Shown in pieces: positions 12,011 through 31,073 of a stretch of 64,000 nt of DNA. The notes beneath the pieces were generated by a model, which was given only the letters and a program-made list of their open reading frames with translations, was not told where the DNA came from and searched no databases. Position 1 is the stretch's first letter. Every line of letters starts with the position of its first letter. The stretch is from Octopus sinensis. Its lineage: Eukaryota. The position numbers were made by a program, and so were the translations under genes. The stretch spans positions 1-64,000 of the forward strand of contig NW_021833047.1 of NCBI RefSeq assembly GCF_006345805.1. The letters are read 5' to 3'.

Positions 12011-12627
12011 CTGCAATAAAAAATGAAAGCGAAATCACAAGAAATACAAGAACATAAATGAAATTATTTCTCTTCAGTGACAAGGCACAAGGGAAACGAA
12101 TAGATATGGTCTAATGATTCGATAGATCGATTTTATTGATGTTCCGTTTGGGCATCTTTAAGTTAGCGTGAGTAGGGAGTGAATTCCTGAATGTTACCTA
12201 ATCTAGAAAGGAAGTATCGGAATAATAATTGATGAAGAATCTGGCTGGTGAAATAGCACGTATGGCGGGAGAATGAGAAGGGGTATGTAGCTGATGATCT
12301 CGGACGTAGAGAGATTCTCGTATTATCAGCGAGTTGTATTGGGGGATTTCTGGGCAAATTAATAATTAATATTAATCCATCTAGCAGATTTTAAATGTAC
12401 CTGTGGATCATTTGCAAGGGTATTAATTATTAATTCACTGCTAATCTATTTAACTAAGTATTAAAACTCTAGGTAGCAGTAATGATGCAATGAGGAAGAA
12501 AGAGATATTTATTAATTTAATAATTTGCCGACAAGAACAGGAGAGAGAAGATCAATGAATTAAAGATGATGAACAAGAAACAGAAACAAAGAACACACAC
12601 AAAAAACCTCAATAAAAACGGTCTTAC

Positions 12628-12723
12628 TTTCAACGAAATAATAAGAGTCGAGAACTCTTACACCACAACCGACGGAATTAATCTTCTCCAGTGTATGTGA
12701 CTGTCTGAAGTCATTCCAAAGTT
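12628..12723 (-). CDS. PAN-domain gene, penultimate exon (96 nt, phase 1-1)
   Basis: attccag|AA...GAA A|gtaaga; LWNDFRQSHTLEKINSVGCGVRVLDSYYFVE; splice sites and frame are conserved in all three duplicates. Confidence 0.78.
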
Positions 12724-12898
12724 CTGGAATGGAATAAAAATGATGAAATGAACGCAGGAACTATGATCCACCCGACGTCCATCATACTACGAAATACGGA
12801 CTATGATCGCAAGAAAACTGTGATTTGTGGAAACTCGCGTAGCGCTGCATTAATTATTTATAAAGTCTATCCATGAAATTTAATTAATAATACGATAA

Positions 12899-12986
12899 TA
12901 TACATACATATACATATACATACATACATACATACATACATGCATACATACATACATACATACATACATACATACATACATACAAT

Positions 12987-13068
<82 letters not shown>
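12899..13068. repeat. (TACA)n(TA)n microsatellite
   Basis: Directly visible. Confidence 0.98.
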
Positions 13069-13071
<3 letters not shown>

Positions 13072-13379
13072 CTAGTTTATTTTGTCTCTCTGTCTTCTCT
13101 ATGGGCGCGATATGAACATTTAAGGTGGTTTTAGGGCCAGGGTTTTGACTGGTATTTCAGCATGGTGGTATCTCTCAGGTACCTTAATTTATAGTTTTAA
13201 ATAATTATTACCTTTGTATGGTATTTATTCCCATGATGGCTACTTGATAAGATCGATATTTAAATATCGATATTATCCTTATTAATATATATAAATATGT
13301 ATATATATATATATACGATAAGAAATGGACTAATAAATTGCAGTGAAAAGTGGATCAACTAGCGATGAATGAAATTAAA

Positions 13380-14650
13380 GTAATCTTAGAAGCGAGAGAA
13401 TCCATAATGAATTTCGATAACAAACTATAGGTAAGGAAGGACACGCCTAATAACTTCGATATCACTATGCGAGCACCAGATTCATCACAGATAACTGACT
13501 TAGTAGGAATTTACTTATCAAATTTACAGGAAGAATTCTCGGAGATCAAGGGTTGTCTCTACAGGTATGACGCACTATTTATATTGAAAAACATCTCAAA
13601 TAGGAGATTAGAACTCACCAAGAAAACATTTTGGCCTAACTATTACTATAGAAAAGGAACATACTTCTATAAACTACTTAGACGCTTATTGCAGCCTAAC
13701 CACAGGACAACATGAACCCTACATAAAATCGAATACAAACCTTAAATATATAAACGCATTGAGTAACCATCCCAACTTTATTAAAAGAGGACTAGTACAA
13801 AGCAACAGCAAAATAATTTCACGCCTCTCTTCCAACGAATATCGCCAAACCCTATTTATCCACGAAATATCGCTAATCCTCATTTTACAGGTTATAAGCG
13901 AACCTGTTTAACCTCTTATTACCTCCCCTTAACTGTTCCACGTACCAATTAGCACTACTCAACTCCACTCCTCATTATAAACTAATTACTCAACTGTATA
14001 CTTATTTTACATACTACGGTATTTTCCTATAATTTAATTTCATTTAATAACTAGACGACCGATTCATTTTAATGCTATAATTTTCCCATCGATCTTGTTT
14101 TTCTATGCACTCTTCAACCCTTTCTATTGTTCCTTTACTTAGCCCATTATACACACTATATCGTACATATTTTAAATAATAACTTTATCCTTATACTACG
14201 GCTTCCATTGAAAATACAGGAACTAACTTACAAGCTATAAATTAGTGTTACGTAGGTCCAAATAACTACAACGGATATCTCCAATAGCGATAAGTCACTC
14301 GGATTACACCGGCGGTCAACTAGTAATTAGCATTAGATGTTAGAACCTACGGACACGTGGAATTTGGAATTATGAGACTAATTAATTATAAGACCAAGGA
14401 TTTAACTAACTCTCTTCTCTTCTATCCTCCAACTGGTATACTGAATTAAGGACCTCCCTAAAATCTAAGACTATTGAACTAACAAACATTCTTCCAGTTT
14501 TTCCTTTCCTTTCCTTACATTTTCTTTCTATTTTCCTTCTATTCATCTTTGCCATATAATCGTTATGATGATGTCTATCAATTGCAATGAGGTAAATGCA
14601 AATTTACCCCAGCTTGATATACTGAAACAACTCTAAGCATATTCTCATCT
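13380..14650 (+). mobile_element. Penelope-like element relic (RT fragment and 3' terminus)
   Basis: NFDITMRAPDSSQITDLVGIYL...GCLYRYDAL resembles the PLE motif FDVTMGSxDGAEVCELVGLY...GLYRDD; SNHPNFIK...ISRLSSNE follows; degenerate hammerhead-like end at ~14560-14640. Confidence 0.75.
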
Positions 14651-14859
14651 TAATTAAATAATGACTTTAAAACACCAATGATTTACTTATCACTGTTATT
14701 TATTGCTCCATTTCTTATCGTCTTTATATATATTAAACCACCGTTTTACCTTTAAATTACCTACTACCGTATACCTTATAACAAGGACCATACATACTGA
14801 GGTATGTATGTAGAATTCTTCTACATATATTTCGATGGACGCACTGTTATATATATCCT

Positions 14860-15560
14860 TCCTGATGAGATCGATGCATTGATGAACATAATTTTTCCTG
14901 CCGGACATTTTGCAGTACATCCGTCGCGATATATGTCGAAGAATTCAAGATATAAATGGTGTAACAACATCCCAAGACTTCTCCTGGGCACATCAGATGT
15001 CGAAGAGACTTCGACCATATTTACTATCTGTGAAAGTTCAAAATTAATTTGTTTCCCTGCACAGATGGCATACCTATGAAACTTAAGGATTTGATCTTCT
15101 CATTCATTCAGGGAACATTTTTATTTCTCCTCATAAATATGGGACACCGTGATGTTTACCCTTTAAAATCGTTGATATCTCAGTCCATTGCTATAAGTCT
15201 TGAACGGTGCATAACCATTTTAGTGGATACTGAAAAGCTCGATCTTCTTTGGTCTAAACCTCATGTTTTTAATTCTTCTTCTAGTTCAGACCACTTTATG
15301 AATCCCCTACGGAGGCAGTGTTTGATACGTTTAGCAGCTTTTAGCTACTCTTCCTGTTTCCGCCAAGTCTTAGCATTTTGTCGGTCGGTGGTAGACCAAA
15401 ATACCGAGCAGGCTGCCCTATTACCGTGGTCCTTTGCGTTTGCTACGACATCTAGTTTCTCAGCCATGTGTTTGAAATCTGTGCGAAATTGATCGTAAGT
15501 CAACTTACCGATACGTTATGGGAAACCTTGCCCCAACTCTTGCCTCCTCTCAGATCAGCT
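14860..15560 (-). mobile_element. pogo-like transposase relic (N-terminal HTH to start of DDE)
   Basis: KLDVVANAKDHGNRAA...KTWRKQEE...KWSELEEELK...VSTK...DFKG and IVNMVEVSSTSDVP (cf. IGNMDEVPLTFDVP). Confidence 0.78.
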
Positions 15561-15753
15561 GTATAGTTGTTTATATTTTGGGCAAGAAGCCCGCCCAGAA
15601 GAGTTGCAGAAGATTCCAAAGTCGTCTGGAGGATGTGGTTGAAGCCAATGGCAATTTTATTGAATAAATTAACTCTTTAGTATTTTAAGATATTTTTATG
15701 TAATTTTGGTAAATATGTTAAACTGAGATGTTAGTGTTATTTTCAGTAAAGGC

Positions 15754-15985
15754 TATTTGCCAACATAATGTGGCTGTCCTGGAAGGGACAATTGTTACTG
15801 TTGTTAGCCTCAGGAAACATGGTTTCCAGATGGCTATACGACACAATATTTGTGTCGTTATATCTTCCTGTGGTGGATGGGAGTGCTGGACTCGCTGTTC
15901 GAAAATATAAGGACACAGATATTGTGTCGTATAGCCATCTGGAAACGATGTCCTTTCCAGGACAGCCACATTATGTTGAGAAATA
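15754..15985. mobile_element. MITE-like fold-back with two nested inverted-repeat blocks
   Basis: caacataatgtggctgtcctggaagggaca / tgtcctttccaggacagccacattatgttg, plus an inner 35-bp inverted repeat (15822-15856 vs 15912-15946, one mismatch). Confidence 0.8.
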
Positions 15986-16041
15986 TTCTTTACTTTAAAG
16001 AACTGTTATTTTCATTTGCATAATTTAGATGCCGCACCCAG

Positions 16042-16140
<99 letters not shown>

Positions 16141-16263
16141 TGTGTGTTAGATAATAATGCGAACGGTTTACACCTGATAGCTCACTGGTAAAGCACGGTC
16201 GAAACAAATGTCGCTATTGATAATAAATTCTCGTATATTCCATCTTCCGTCTTTCATTTGCCA

Positions 16264-16348
<85 letters not shown>

Positions 16349-16350
16349 GT
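16042..16350. repeat. (TA)n(TG)n and (TCTA)n microsatellites flanking a short PLE-type terminus (16150-16262)
   Basis: Directly visible; the internal piece shares gtatattccatctt..ttcattt with the minus strand of 33800-33880. Confidence 0.8.
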
Positions 16351-16386
16351 ATATCAGAAAATAAAAAAACAGAGATAAATGAAATG

Positions 16387-16675
16387 ATAATTATTTATTA
16401 ATTACAAATTTGGACATCATTTCTGACAGCTGTTTTGATTCAAGACTTTAGAAATTAATTAGTATAATTAAAAACATACTAAAGTTGAATCACATCGGAA
16501 AGTTTTGCTCCCTACACTCAACACACAATAATATGAAAATGTAAAGGTATATCTTTCCCCACCTCTGATGGGATTCAACTTTAAAATCTTTTTAATTATA
16601 CTGATTGATTTCTAAAGTCTTGAATCGAAACAGTGTCAGAGACGATATCCAATTTTGTAATTAATAAATAATTAT
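16387..16675. mobile_element. AT-rich fold-back MITE (~110-bp arms, ~65-bp spacer)
   Basis: ataattatttattaattacaaa..gattcaagactttagaaa..aaagttgaatc versus its reverse complement at 16564-16675. Confidence 0.82.
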
Positions 16676-17514
16676 TATTCTATTTATCTCTATTTTCTTA
16701 TTTTCTTAAATATATAAAAATCTCGGTTCATCTTACAGTTGAATATTAAATGCAATATCCAATACTTTTTCCAATAGGCAATAAACCTTTATATTTATTG
16801 GATTTTATTATCCGTTAATGAAGTTTAACCTTTAATTGAACTTTTATATGTAATGTGCTGATCCGTATAGTGAAAGATAAATATTATTCCTTTAAAGGTC
16901 ACAATACATTATTAAAGCGCTACTAATAGTTTCATATGTTGAGAACACTCAAACATATTCTTCAGGCGCAAACCAAATATTATAACGAACGAAAGAAATT
17001 GAATAATAGTAGAAACGCGAAAAAACTGAGAAGGCACCATATAAAAACGCAGACAGTAAACAACGGAAAACGAAAATAGAAACTAAACTGTCAAAAATAT
17101 AATGTAAAAAAGGTAAAAGAGCTATGCTACTGACACCTTGAAAGATACGGCTGAAAAAGATAACAAGCCAGTCAGAAATAGGTGGAAGTTTCCAGTTCTT
17201 CAAGAAATATTTATACATATGCATGCAACCACTGAAATTTCTGACCTGGGGTTCAATAGAGAGTTAGGGATCTTGGATTTGAACATAATCTGCAATTTTT
17301 TTTTAGCCAAAAAAAGTTTACATTTATTCGATCCGTTCACATTTATTTCTCCACGGTGTATTTGTCTTTAGCAGTTGAAATATATGACAAACATATTTCA
17401 ACTAACCTAATTGTGACTATACGTAAACACTGCTCAGCGTATTTACTCCGATATATATATATATAACGGGAAAGTTTACCAAAATAAACAAAAGACGAAG
17501 GCAGGTGGAGTACA

Positions 17515-17569
<55 letters not shown>

Positions 17570-17770
17570 TGTGTGTGTGTGTGTGTGTGGTGTGTGTGTG
17601 TGTATGAGTGATCAATAGTTTGGTATTTAATTAGTCCATCAGTTTACTCACATCCTTTAAGGCCAAAGAAATTATTGGAATAACATAATAAGCTAAAGGT
17701 GGGGCCTCAGTATCGTCCAAATATACTGTGACTAAAAGTCCGATAAAATATAAAGCAACTTTGCACTTAC

Positions 17771-18001
17771 TTTTGTTTAATTCAGTGTAAACACCATTTG
17801 TCCCAAACTTCAAAAAGTGATCAGAATGAGTTTTACTTGACAAAAAGCATTTTTTTGTATATATTTGGTAGTCAAACGACTGACAATTTGGTTTTGTTTC
17901 ACAGCTGTACAAACATGTCGTATAATTAAGACCATGCAATCCACCGACGTCATTGCGACTAGGGAGATAAGCACTGTCAACTATATCCAACGGACATTTT
18001 C
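17771..18001 (-). CDS. PAN-domain gene, internal PAN exon (231 nt, phase 1-1)
   Basis: ctcctttcag|GA...AAA A|gtaagt; KCPLDIVDSAYLPSRNDVGGLHGLNYTTCLYSCETKPNCQSFDYQIYTKKCFLSSKTHSDHFLKFGTNGVYTELNK, a canonical PAN_1 cysteine pattern. Confidence 0.88.
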
Positions 18002-18129
18002 CTGAAAGGAGAAAATGGACAAATGAAGTTTTTCCTTCTTTTCGTTTTCGTTTTATTTTGGATTAATGAAAAATAATAAATAAATGAAAAATATTGGGTA
18101 AAGACACAACAACAATAACAACAAAAATA

Positions 18130-18905
18130 ATGTCTTCCTCTTTTTCTCTATCACTTGACTCTGTAAATGAATAATCTGGTGTGTTTGTTTTTATGGCCTA
18201 CCAATGTAAACAATACGTTTCACTGCCCCATGTGTCAGGAAGACACTCGGCAAGAAATGGAAACAGAAGTGAAAGAATATGCTAATAAAAATGAAAATAA
18301 TAATAATAATAATAATAATTATAATAATAATAATAAGTTAGGAGAATGATAATTAAAGTACCCCAAAATATAAATACTGTCATACCATTCGTCCAGATAG
18401 ATGACATAAAACAAACAAGGAATCTTCGAGCTATGCGCTACTAGCTGAGGAGAACAGAAAATGGTGGAGCAAAAGAAACGACGCATTAATACGGGCAAAG
18501 TAAGACTTAGAAAAAAATTGAGCAATGGTTAAGAGGAAACAGGAAAAATGGGAAAAAGAAAGACCGAGAAGAATTAGAGAAGGAATATAGAATACGGAAG
18601 AACGGATTTGATGCAGTAATAGAGCAGTTAAAACAAAGGATCATGGCAAAAAGCTTGAAGGTCAGATGATTTGTGAACAGAAATATGCAGTTCGAGGAGA
18701 ACAGATTTTTCAAAACTAACCCGAAACAATTCTTCCAAACGTTAGAAGGAGACAATAAGGAAAATGTTGCTCCTGATGCAAACCAAACCAAGGAGTTCTG
18801 GAGCGGATTATGGGGAAACAGTCTGGTGCATAAAAGGGATGCAATATGGATAGGAACTATCAAGACTGAATTACGAGGAAAGGAACAAGTGGGTAAAGTG
18901 CCTAA
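18130..18905 (+). mobile_element. R4/Dong-type LINE fragments: 3' UTR with (AAT)n tail (18130-18336) and pre-RT fragment (18400-18905)
   Basis: 18180-18290 matches the reverse complement of 18960-19075; ORF 18673..18918 has QFEENRFFKTNPKQFF...EFWSGLW. Confidence 0.7.
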
Positions 18906-18954
18906 CTGGAAATTATAATTATAATTATAATAATAATAATAATTATTATTATTA

Positions 18955-25046
<6,092 letters not shown>

Positions 25047-25102
<56 letters not shown>
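25047..25102. repeat. (TAT)n microsatellite between LINEs B and C
   Basis: Directly visible. Confidence 0.98.
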
Positions 25103-25103
<1 letters not shown>

Positions 25104-28100
25104 TATGTTTGACTTTTGCTTTATGTCTGTACAAGTTGGCTCCAAGTCTCACCCAGAGACCTCAAGGGACAACAGGTTGGAAGTTCTGTGCCATATATTT
25201 GGGTTTTTTTTTGGTGTTGTACTAGTGAATGTCTAATACATAAAAAAAATTTTAAAAAAGTTTGTTTTAAACCTTGGGATTACATAGAGAGTATTTTGCG
25301 TAGGATATGAGCAGTTCCCATGAGCACTATCTTTTGAATTTCTGCCATTTTGGGGTTTCCTGGTATCTGAGTTAGGTAGCAATCAGTCCCTTTCGCTATC
25401 ATTCCCAGGGCACCTATGACAACAGGTATTGTTTTAGTCTTCAGCTTCCACATTTTGCTGATTTCTATTTCAAGATCTTTATATTTGCTCAGTTTTTGGT
25501 AGGTCTTGACAGATACGTTTATATCGATTGGGACAGTCATATCAATGAGGAGGCATGTTCTTTGTCTGAAGTCTTTCAATATGATGTCTGGCCTATTTGC
25601 ATCTATCTGCCTGTCAGTTTGAATGGTGAAGTTCCAGAGGAGTGAGATGTGGTCATTTTCAAGCACTGGAGGTGGATTGTGTTCTCACCAGTTTTTTTCA
25701 TGGGGCAAATCCAGGTTTTTGCAAATTACCCAGTGAATATATTGTGCAGCTCTGTCATGCCTGTTGAGGTACTCTGTAGGCGCTAGAAGACTGCATTTGG
25801 AGACAACATGATCAATGGTTTCATTTTGTTGTCGGCATACACGACATGTTGGGCTACTGCCGTTCTTTAATATGTTGGCCTGGTAGTTTCTTGTTGGTAG
25901 GCATTGATCTTGAGCTGCTATGATAAACCCCTCTGCTTCAGATTTTAAGCCAGAGGCCATTAGCCATTGATGGGTCAGGGCTTTGTCAATATCTGCATTA
26001 TTCGCTCTCTTTGGGTATTTGCCATAGAGAGGTCTTTCTTGCCATTTATTATTCAGAATATCTAAGGCCGCAGTTTTGGCACGGGTTTTCATGCGCCTAG
26101 CTTTTTCTGTGCTTGTTTCTTGTATGTCTATCTCTAATTCCGAAATTGGTTGTATTCGGAATTCACTTAGATATTCCTTTGCCTGTTTTGTGACTGAGTA
26201 TGATGCTTTCTTGTTTTTTCATGTTTTGAGACAAGTTTTAACATCCAGTCCTCAGAGTCCTCACGGCCTCCCTCTTTTCTTGGCAGATAAAGTCGTTCTG
26301 TATCTGCCTTAGGGTGGTGCATTCTATGCATTGTCAACAGTTTTCGTATTTTTCTGTAAAGATTACATATTTCAGTAATTGACCAGTTAACAATATTGAA
26401 ACTGTAAGTCACGACTGGTATGGCTAATGCATTGATCGCTTCGATCCTGTTTCTTGCATTCAGCTCTGTCTTGAGTATTGCTCTCACTCTTCGATAACAC
26501 TCTCTCCTGATCCTTTTCTTCATCTCTGAATGCCTTATTCCGTTCCCTTCAATTACCCCTAGGTACTTGTAGCTCTCCGCTGGGTCTAGTTCTTTTATGA
26601 CATTCTGCTGGTCAAGGTTAACGTTAGATGTTTCTGTCATTTTTCCTTTGATAAAGGTAGCTTTTGCACATTTATCGAGGCCGAATTGCATTCTGATGTC
26701 GTCACTGAATTGTTTGACTATCGCTAGTAAGCCCTTGAGTTGTTGGTCATGTTTTGCAAAAAGCTTTAAATCATCCATGTAAATGAGATGATTTATATTT
26801 TTATCAAACATGTTATACCCGTACTGCGCGTCATTGAGCAGCTTTGAGAGAGGTATTAAAGATAAACAAAAGAGGAGTGGTGACAGTGAGTCACCCTGGA
26901 AAATGCCACACGAAATTTTTACATCACCAGCATTTAGGGATTCATTGTCCCTGTTCAGAGTTAGTGTGGTTCTCCATGATCTCATACTTACAGTCAAGAT
27001 GTTTCGCAGAGTAGGTGCTATCTTATACATTTCCAGGCATTTCCTAATCCAGCTATGTGATAGGCTATCAAAAGCCTTTTTATAGTCTATCCAGGCTATT
27101 GATAAGTTTTTGTGTCGTTTGTGACAATCTTCTAAGATCATCTTATTGATGAGTAGTTGGTCTTTACAGCCGTAGGATCCACGTTTACATCCTTTTTGTT
27201 CATTAGGGAATATGATGCTGTCTGTTAAAAAACTATAGGTATATTCCGTCAGGACAGATGTTAGCGTTTTGTACATAGTTGTTAAGCAGGTTATGGGTCT
27301 ATAGTTTTTTTGTTCATTTGTTTCTTCACTTTTTGGAGGCAGGAATGTTAACCCATTAACTAGCCAAGCAGGCATCCTACTAGGGTGTTTCAAAACATCA
27401 TTGTACAGTTCTGTTAGCAGTTCATGGCTCTCTGGGAAGGCATTCAGTCAGAAGTTAGGAATTTTATCCTTTCCTAGAGACTTCCATTTGCTTGACCTCC
27501 TGAGAGCAGATCTTATATCTTCTACCTTGACACCCTCTCACTTTTGCTCTTCTAAGGGGTCCAATTCTGTAGATATTCTGTCAATCTAGGGGCCTTTTCG
27601 TTGTGTGTTTTTTCTTCTGCCCAAATTTTATTCCCAAATCCCTGCACTTCTTCTTTTGATGGTACAGACCTTGCAGTAAACGCTGTTTTTCCTATCTTCC
27701 TGTAAAAATTCTTGGGGTTATTTTTGAACATGTTGTTGTCCTTGAAAAATCTAACACGCTTTTCATACCTCGCTATGCGGGCAGCTTTGGCAGATACCTT
27801 TGTTTGATGGTTTCTATGGTGGCATCAATATCAAGTATAGTTTTCATATTGTATTTTTTCATTAATTTTGGGTTTTTGTAGGTTTGGTAGTCTTGTGAGC
27901 CTTAAGGATTTTCAAATATTTAATGTCAGATCTAAATATTTTAATTTGTTGTTGCAGACGCTCTTGCCAGAAGGCTTTTTGTGGGAATGTTGCGGTTTTC
28001 TAATCTTTACACCGCATAGGATCGTTGAGATTTTCGCGGATGCATAGTATAGGTGGTTGAGTTTGTGACATCAATATCATTAGCTGAAATTATATCCTTA

Positions 28101-29075
28101 AGTGCAAGCCGGATTTTACCAATTATTTTCATGTTTTGGTTAGAGTTGCGGATTTTAGGGAGTGTATCACGTTCGTCCATGCTGGTTTCTTTAATTTTCA
28201 GCCATTCAATCATGATTTGATTTTTTAGCTCATGTATTCTGTTGGGTGGGTCAATATTTGTGTGACTTTCTTTATCTATTTGATGCTCATCTGTCTTAGT
28301 GTTTATGATTGGTTCAGGGAGTATTTCACTTTGCCTATCACTTATACTAACTCTTTCAATCCTCACTTCGTTTTTATCAGCCCTGGGCTGGTCTATAATT
28401 ATTTCCTCTGTATTATCTTCTCTAGCTGCAGCTTCGTTCATTTTATCCGATATTGCTTGTCTAACTTGATCAATCTGTACTTCAGTCAGTAATTTTTTTT
28501 TATAATGTTTCTGCTGACGTTGGCAAGTTTGTTACTGTCTATGTAGGGTCTTACTTCAGGGTGTTTCTGTCTCCAGTTTAAGTATGCTTGTACAGTGTTA
28601 GATTTATCTGTGGGGAAATATATGGCATGGTAGAAGGCCTCAAGAACTTCTTTATATCTTCCCTAGACCATTTTTCCTTCTTTTTCTTTTGATTATTTGG
28701 TGATGAGCATGGATGGCCATCTGTTGGAATATTCCGGTTGTGGGGTACGTCCAGCCCCTGTGTGTTGAGAAGATTGATCCAGTAGCTGATTTTTCAATCA
28801 GAATTTGGTTAAATTTTCGGTACGTGGTCTTTTGTAATCCGCGCAACGACCAATGCGGTTTATTGTTTGATTTGTTGACCTTGAAGCATGACGAGCTTCC
28901 ATTCTTATATTAGGAGATGGATCTGTCAGTTTAGGGTTCTCTACATGTAAGCATTGCTCATAGCGCAGCTTCTTAAGGCTAGCAGATATATATTCGTCTG
29001 TATTTTTTTTGTTGATAGTTTTATCTCCGAACATTTTTTTTCCTCCTCTTCCTTTCTTCAAGGCTCACTCTGCCT
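25103..29075 (-). mobile_element. R4/Dong-clade RLE non-LTR retrotransposon C (near full length; 408-aa open RT segment)
   Basis: ORF 26167..27393 (YRPITCL, WIDYKKAFDS, IFQGDSLSPLLF, YMDDLKLF), 25685..26092 (CCHC) and 25280..25666 (NRPDII RLE). Confidence 0.92.
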
Positions 29076-29887
29076 GTATTAGTTCGAAATAATGAGAATA
29101 AAATACGGGGAAGAAAAAGAAAAAAAGGGAAAAAGACGGGATCTGTCAGTTATTATTGTTATTACTATCACCTTCACCACCATCACCATCATTAGCAACA
29201 TCACCATCACCATCATCATCATCAATGATATTGTTTTATGTGTAGCCACAGCCACCATCAACACTCCTACTGCCATTGTGTGGGAGAATGGTTGGTTAAA
29301 GAATTCATGCTATTTGGGTCTATAAATAGATTCGGCAGATGGTGGAGACAAAGGACGTTAATGGTCAGTAAAAGGTCAAACCTGTTTACATTTATTTATT
29401 TAATTTCCTTTTTCTTTTCTCTTTTCTTCCTCTTCACATGCATATGTATATGTATATGTATATTCACTCACACATATTATCTGATGTTTTCGTCGATGAT
29501 TTTTTTTTTTTTTTAAACTTTCTGAGTTCAATGTTATGTATATATTTTTAAATTTCTGAATTCAGTTTTATGTATATAGTAGTAGGTGCTTAATTCCATA
29601 ACTTTTTATCGTGCATTTAATTGTGTTGTTACAATAAAAGGTAATTTAAAAGGCAATTTTACACATTCTTATAGTCATGAGAGACGACTAAATGTAAATG
29701 TTCACACAGAATTGGAGATATTTATGTTTCTAATTTTTCTTGTTAGGTGTACGTTTGTATGAGCTGTAGATATGTACGTTTTTAAACTTATTTTGAGGGA
29801 AATTCAAATTACTCACAGAAAACAGTAGATCTTCCAGTTTTCTACGGTTGTTTTTTTCAGTTGTCCTGCTGGGTTCGCTGTTGCCAA

Positions 29888-29932
<45 letters not shown>

Positions 29933-30345
29933 TAGCAGTAGTAGTAGATTTATTTCATTTTCTAATTTTCTAATTGAAAGATATATGGGACCTCGAACTA
30001 AACTCATGCCATAGACTGAGTGGCTGCAACATTTGGAGCGCCGGAACGCAAGAGTCACAGCAGGAAATATTGATGTTTGTTAACTTACAGAATAGGACGA
30101 CGTGGCGATTGCTGGTGAACTTAATTCAATGAAAGTTTAATATTCACAAACAAGAAAAGACAAAAAGAAAACTAACAAGAATATTTTACTGCAAAATAAA
30201 TGAATACACTTTCGAAATATTAAGTGAGATTTATGCGAAGGACATCATTGCTAGACATAGCGGTTCTAAAGATATGTTTAACAGATCCCGATCAAAATAC
30301 TGACAACAGCACACAAACAAACACACACTCAAACACGCACACACC

Positions 30346-30383
<38 letters not shown>

Positions 30384-30688
30384 TACACATGCACGCGCAC
30401 ACACACGCACACACACTCGCACACACACACACACATTCTCTCTCTCTTACGCCTTCTCTCATTGAATCTGACTCGTACACGCAGACATGAAGATATTTTG
30501 TTTAAACTAAATAATTCTGTTTATTTTGAATTTAGTAATGGAGGCAACGAACCCAGCTTACAAACGAAAAATATTGTATATGAAGCGTTGGATTAGCAAA
30601 GTGTACGGCGTAGAACTACAAAATAATAAATACAACGTGATTGATTTTCATCTGAAACAATAAAGCAAGCGAGAGAAAAGAGATGGAA

Positions 30689-30722
<34 letters not shown>

Positions 30723-31073
30723 ATGAAAGAAAGAAAGATAGAAAGAAAGAAAGATAGAAAGAAAGGTGATCAGAATTGTGAACAATTTTGATTTGATCCA
30801 GGTTGAGGATTTTCATTCGTTTATGGATGAGTTACCCAATTTGGTTCCAAATTTCTTCATTTTATACGTGAAAAAAATTAAATCTGTGTTTCACACATTC
30901 AGTTAATCTTCTGTAATTATTTTACGTAATTTAAGTAAAACTCGTATCATATCCTCATATAGTGTAAGATATCTTTTCGTCTCCCTCACAGACTAATGTC
31001 ATCTACACACAATTTATATATTACACCCCAGACATGCATTATTTTCATCATCAAAGATATTGAGAATATTTAC

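Larger units (their letters stand above)
9205..12897 (-). repeat. Segmental duplicate copy 2 (contains the 3' end of the PAN-domain gene)
   Basis: Colinear with 53350-57835 and inverted relative to 934-6035. Confidence 0.92.

Noticed and set aside
11820-12083. ORF with an apparent signal peptide (MSLKRNNFIYVLVFLVISLSFFIA) as a single-exon gene; likewise 55574..55792
   Set aside because: The hydrophobic part is the intron polypyrimidine tract before a conserved ttattgcag acceptor, and its frame is not conserved among copies.
12940-13134. Low-complexity ORFs (YI, HT, MYVC, poly-I/Y/H) here and at 20738-21088, 30224-30490, 33257-35726, 41229-42148, 47522-47870 and 59287-59754
   Set aside because: They are translations of microsatellites.
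14804-15079. ORF with a Walker-B-like DEIDAL
   Set aside because: It is antisense to a pogo relic, with no Walker A or other AAA motifs.
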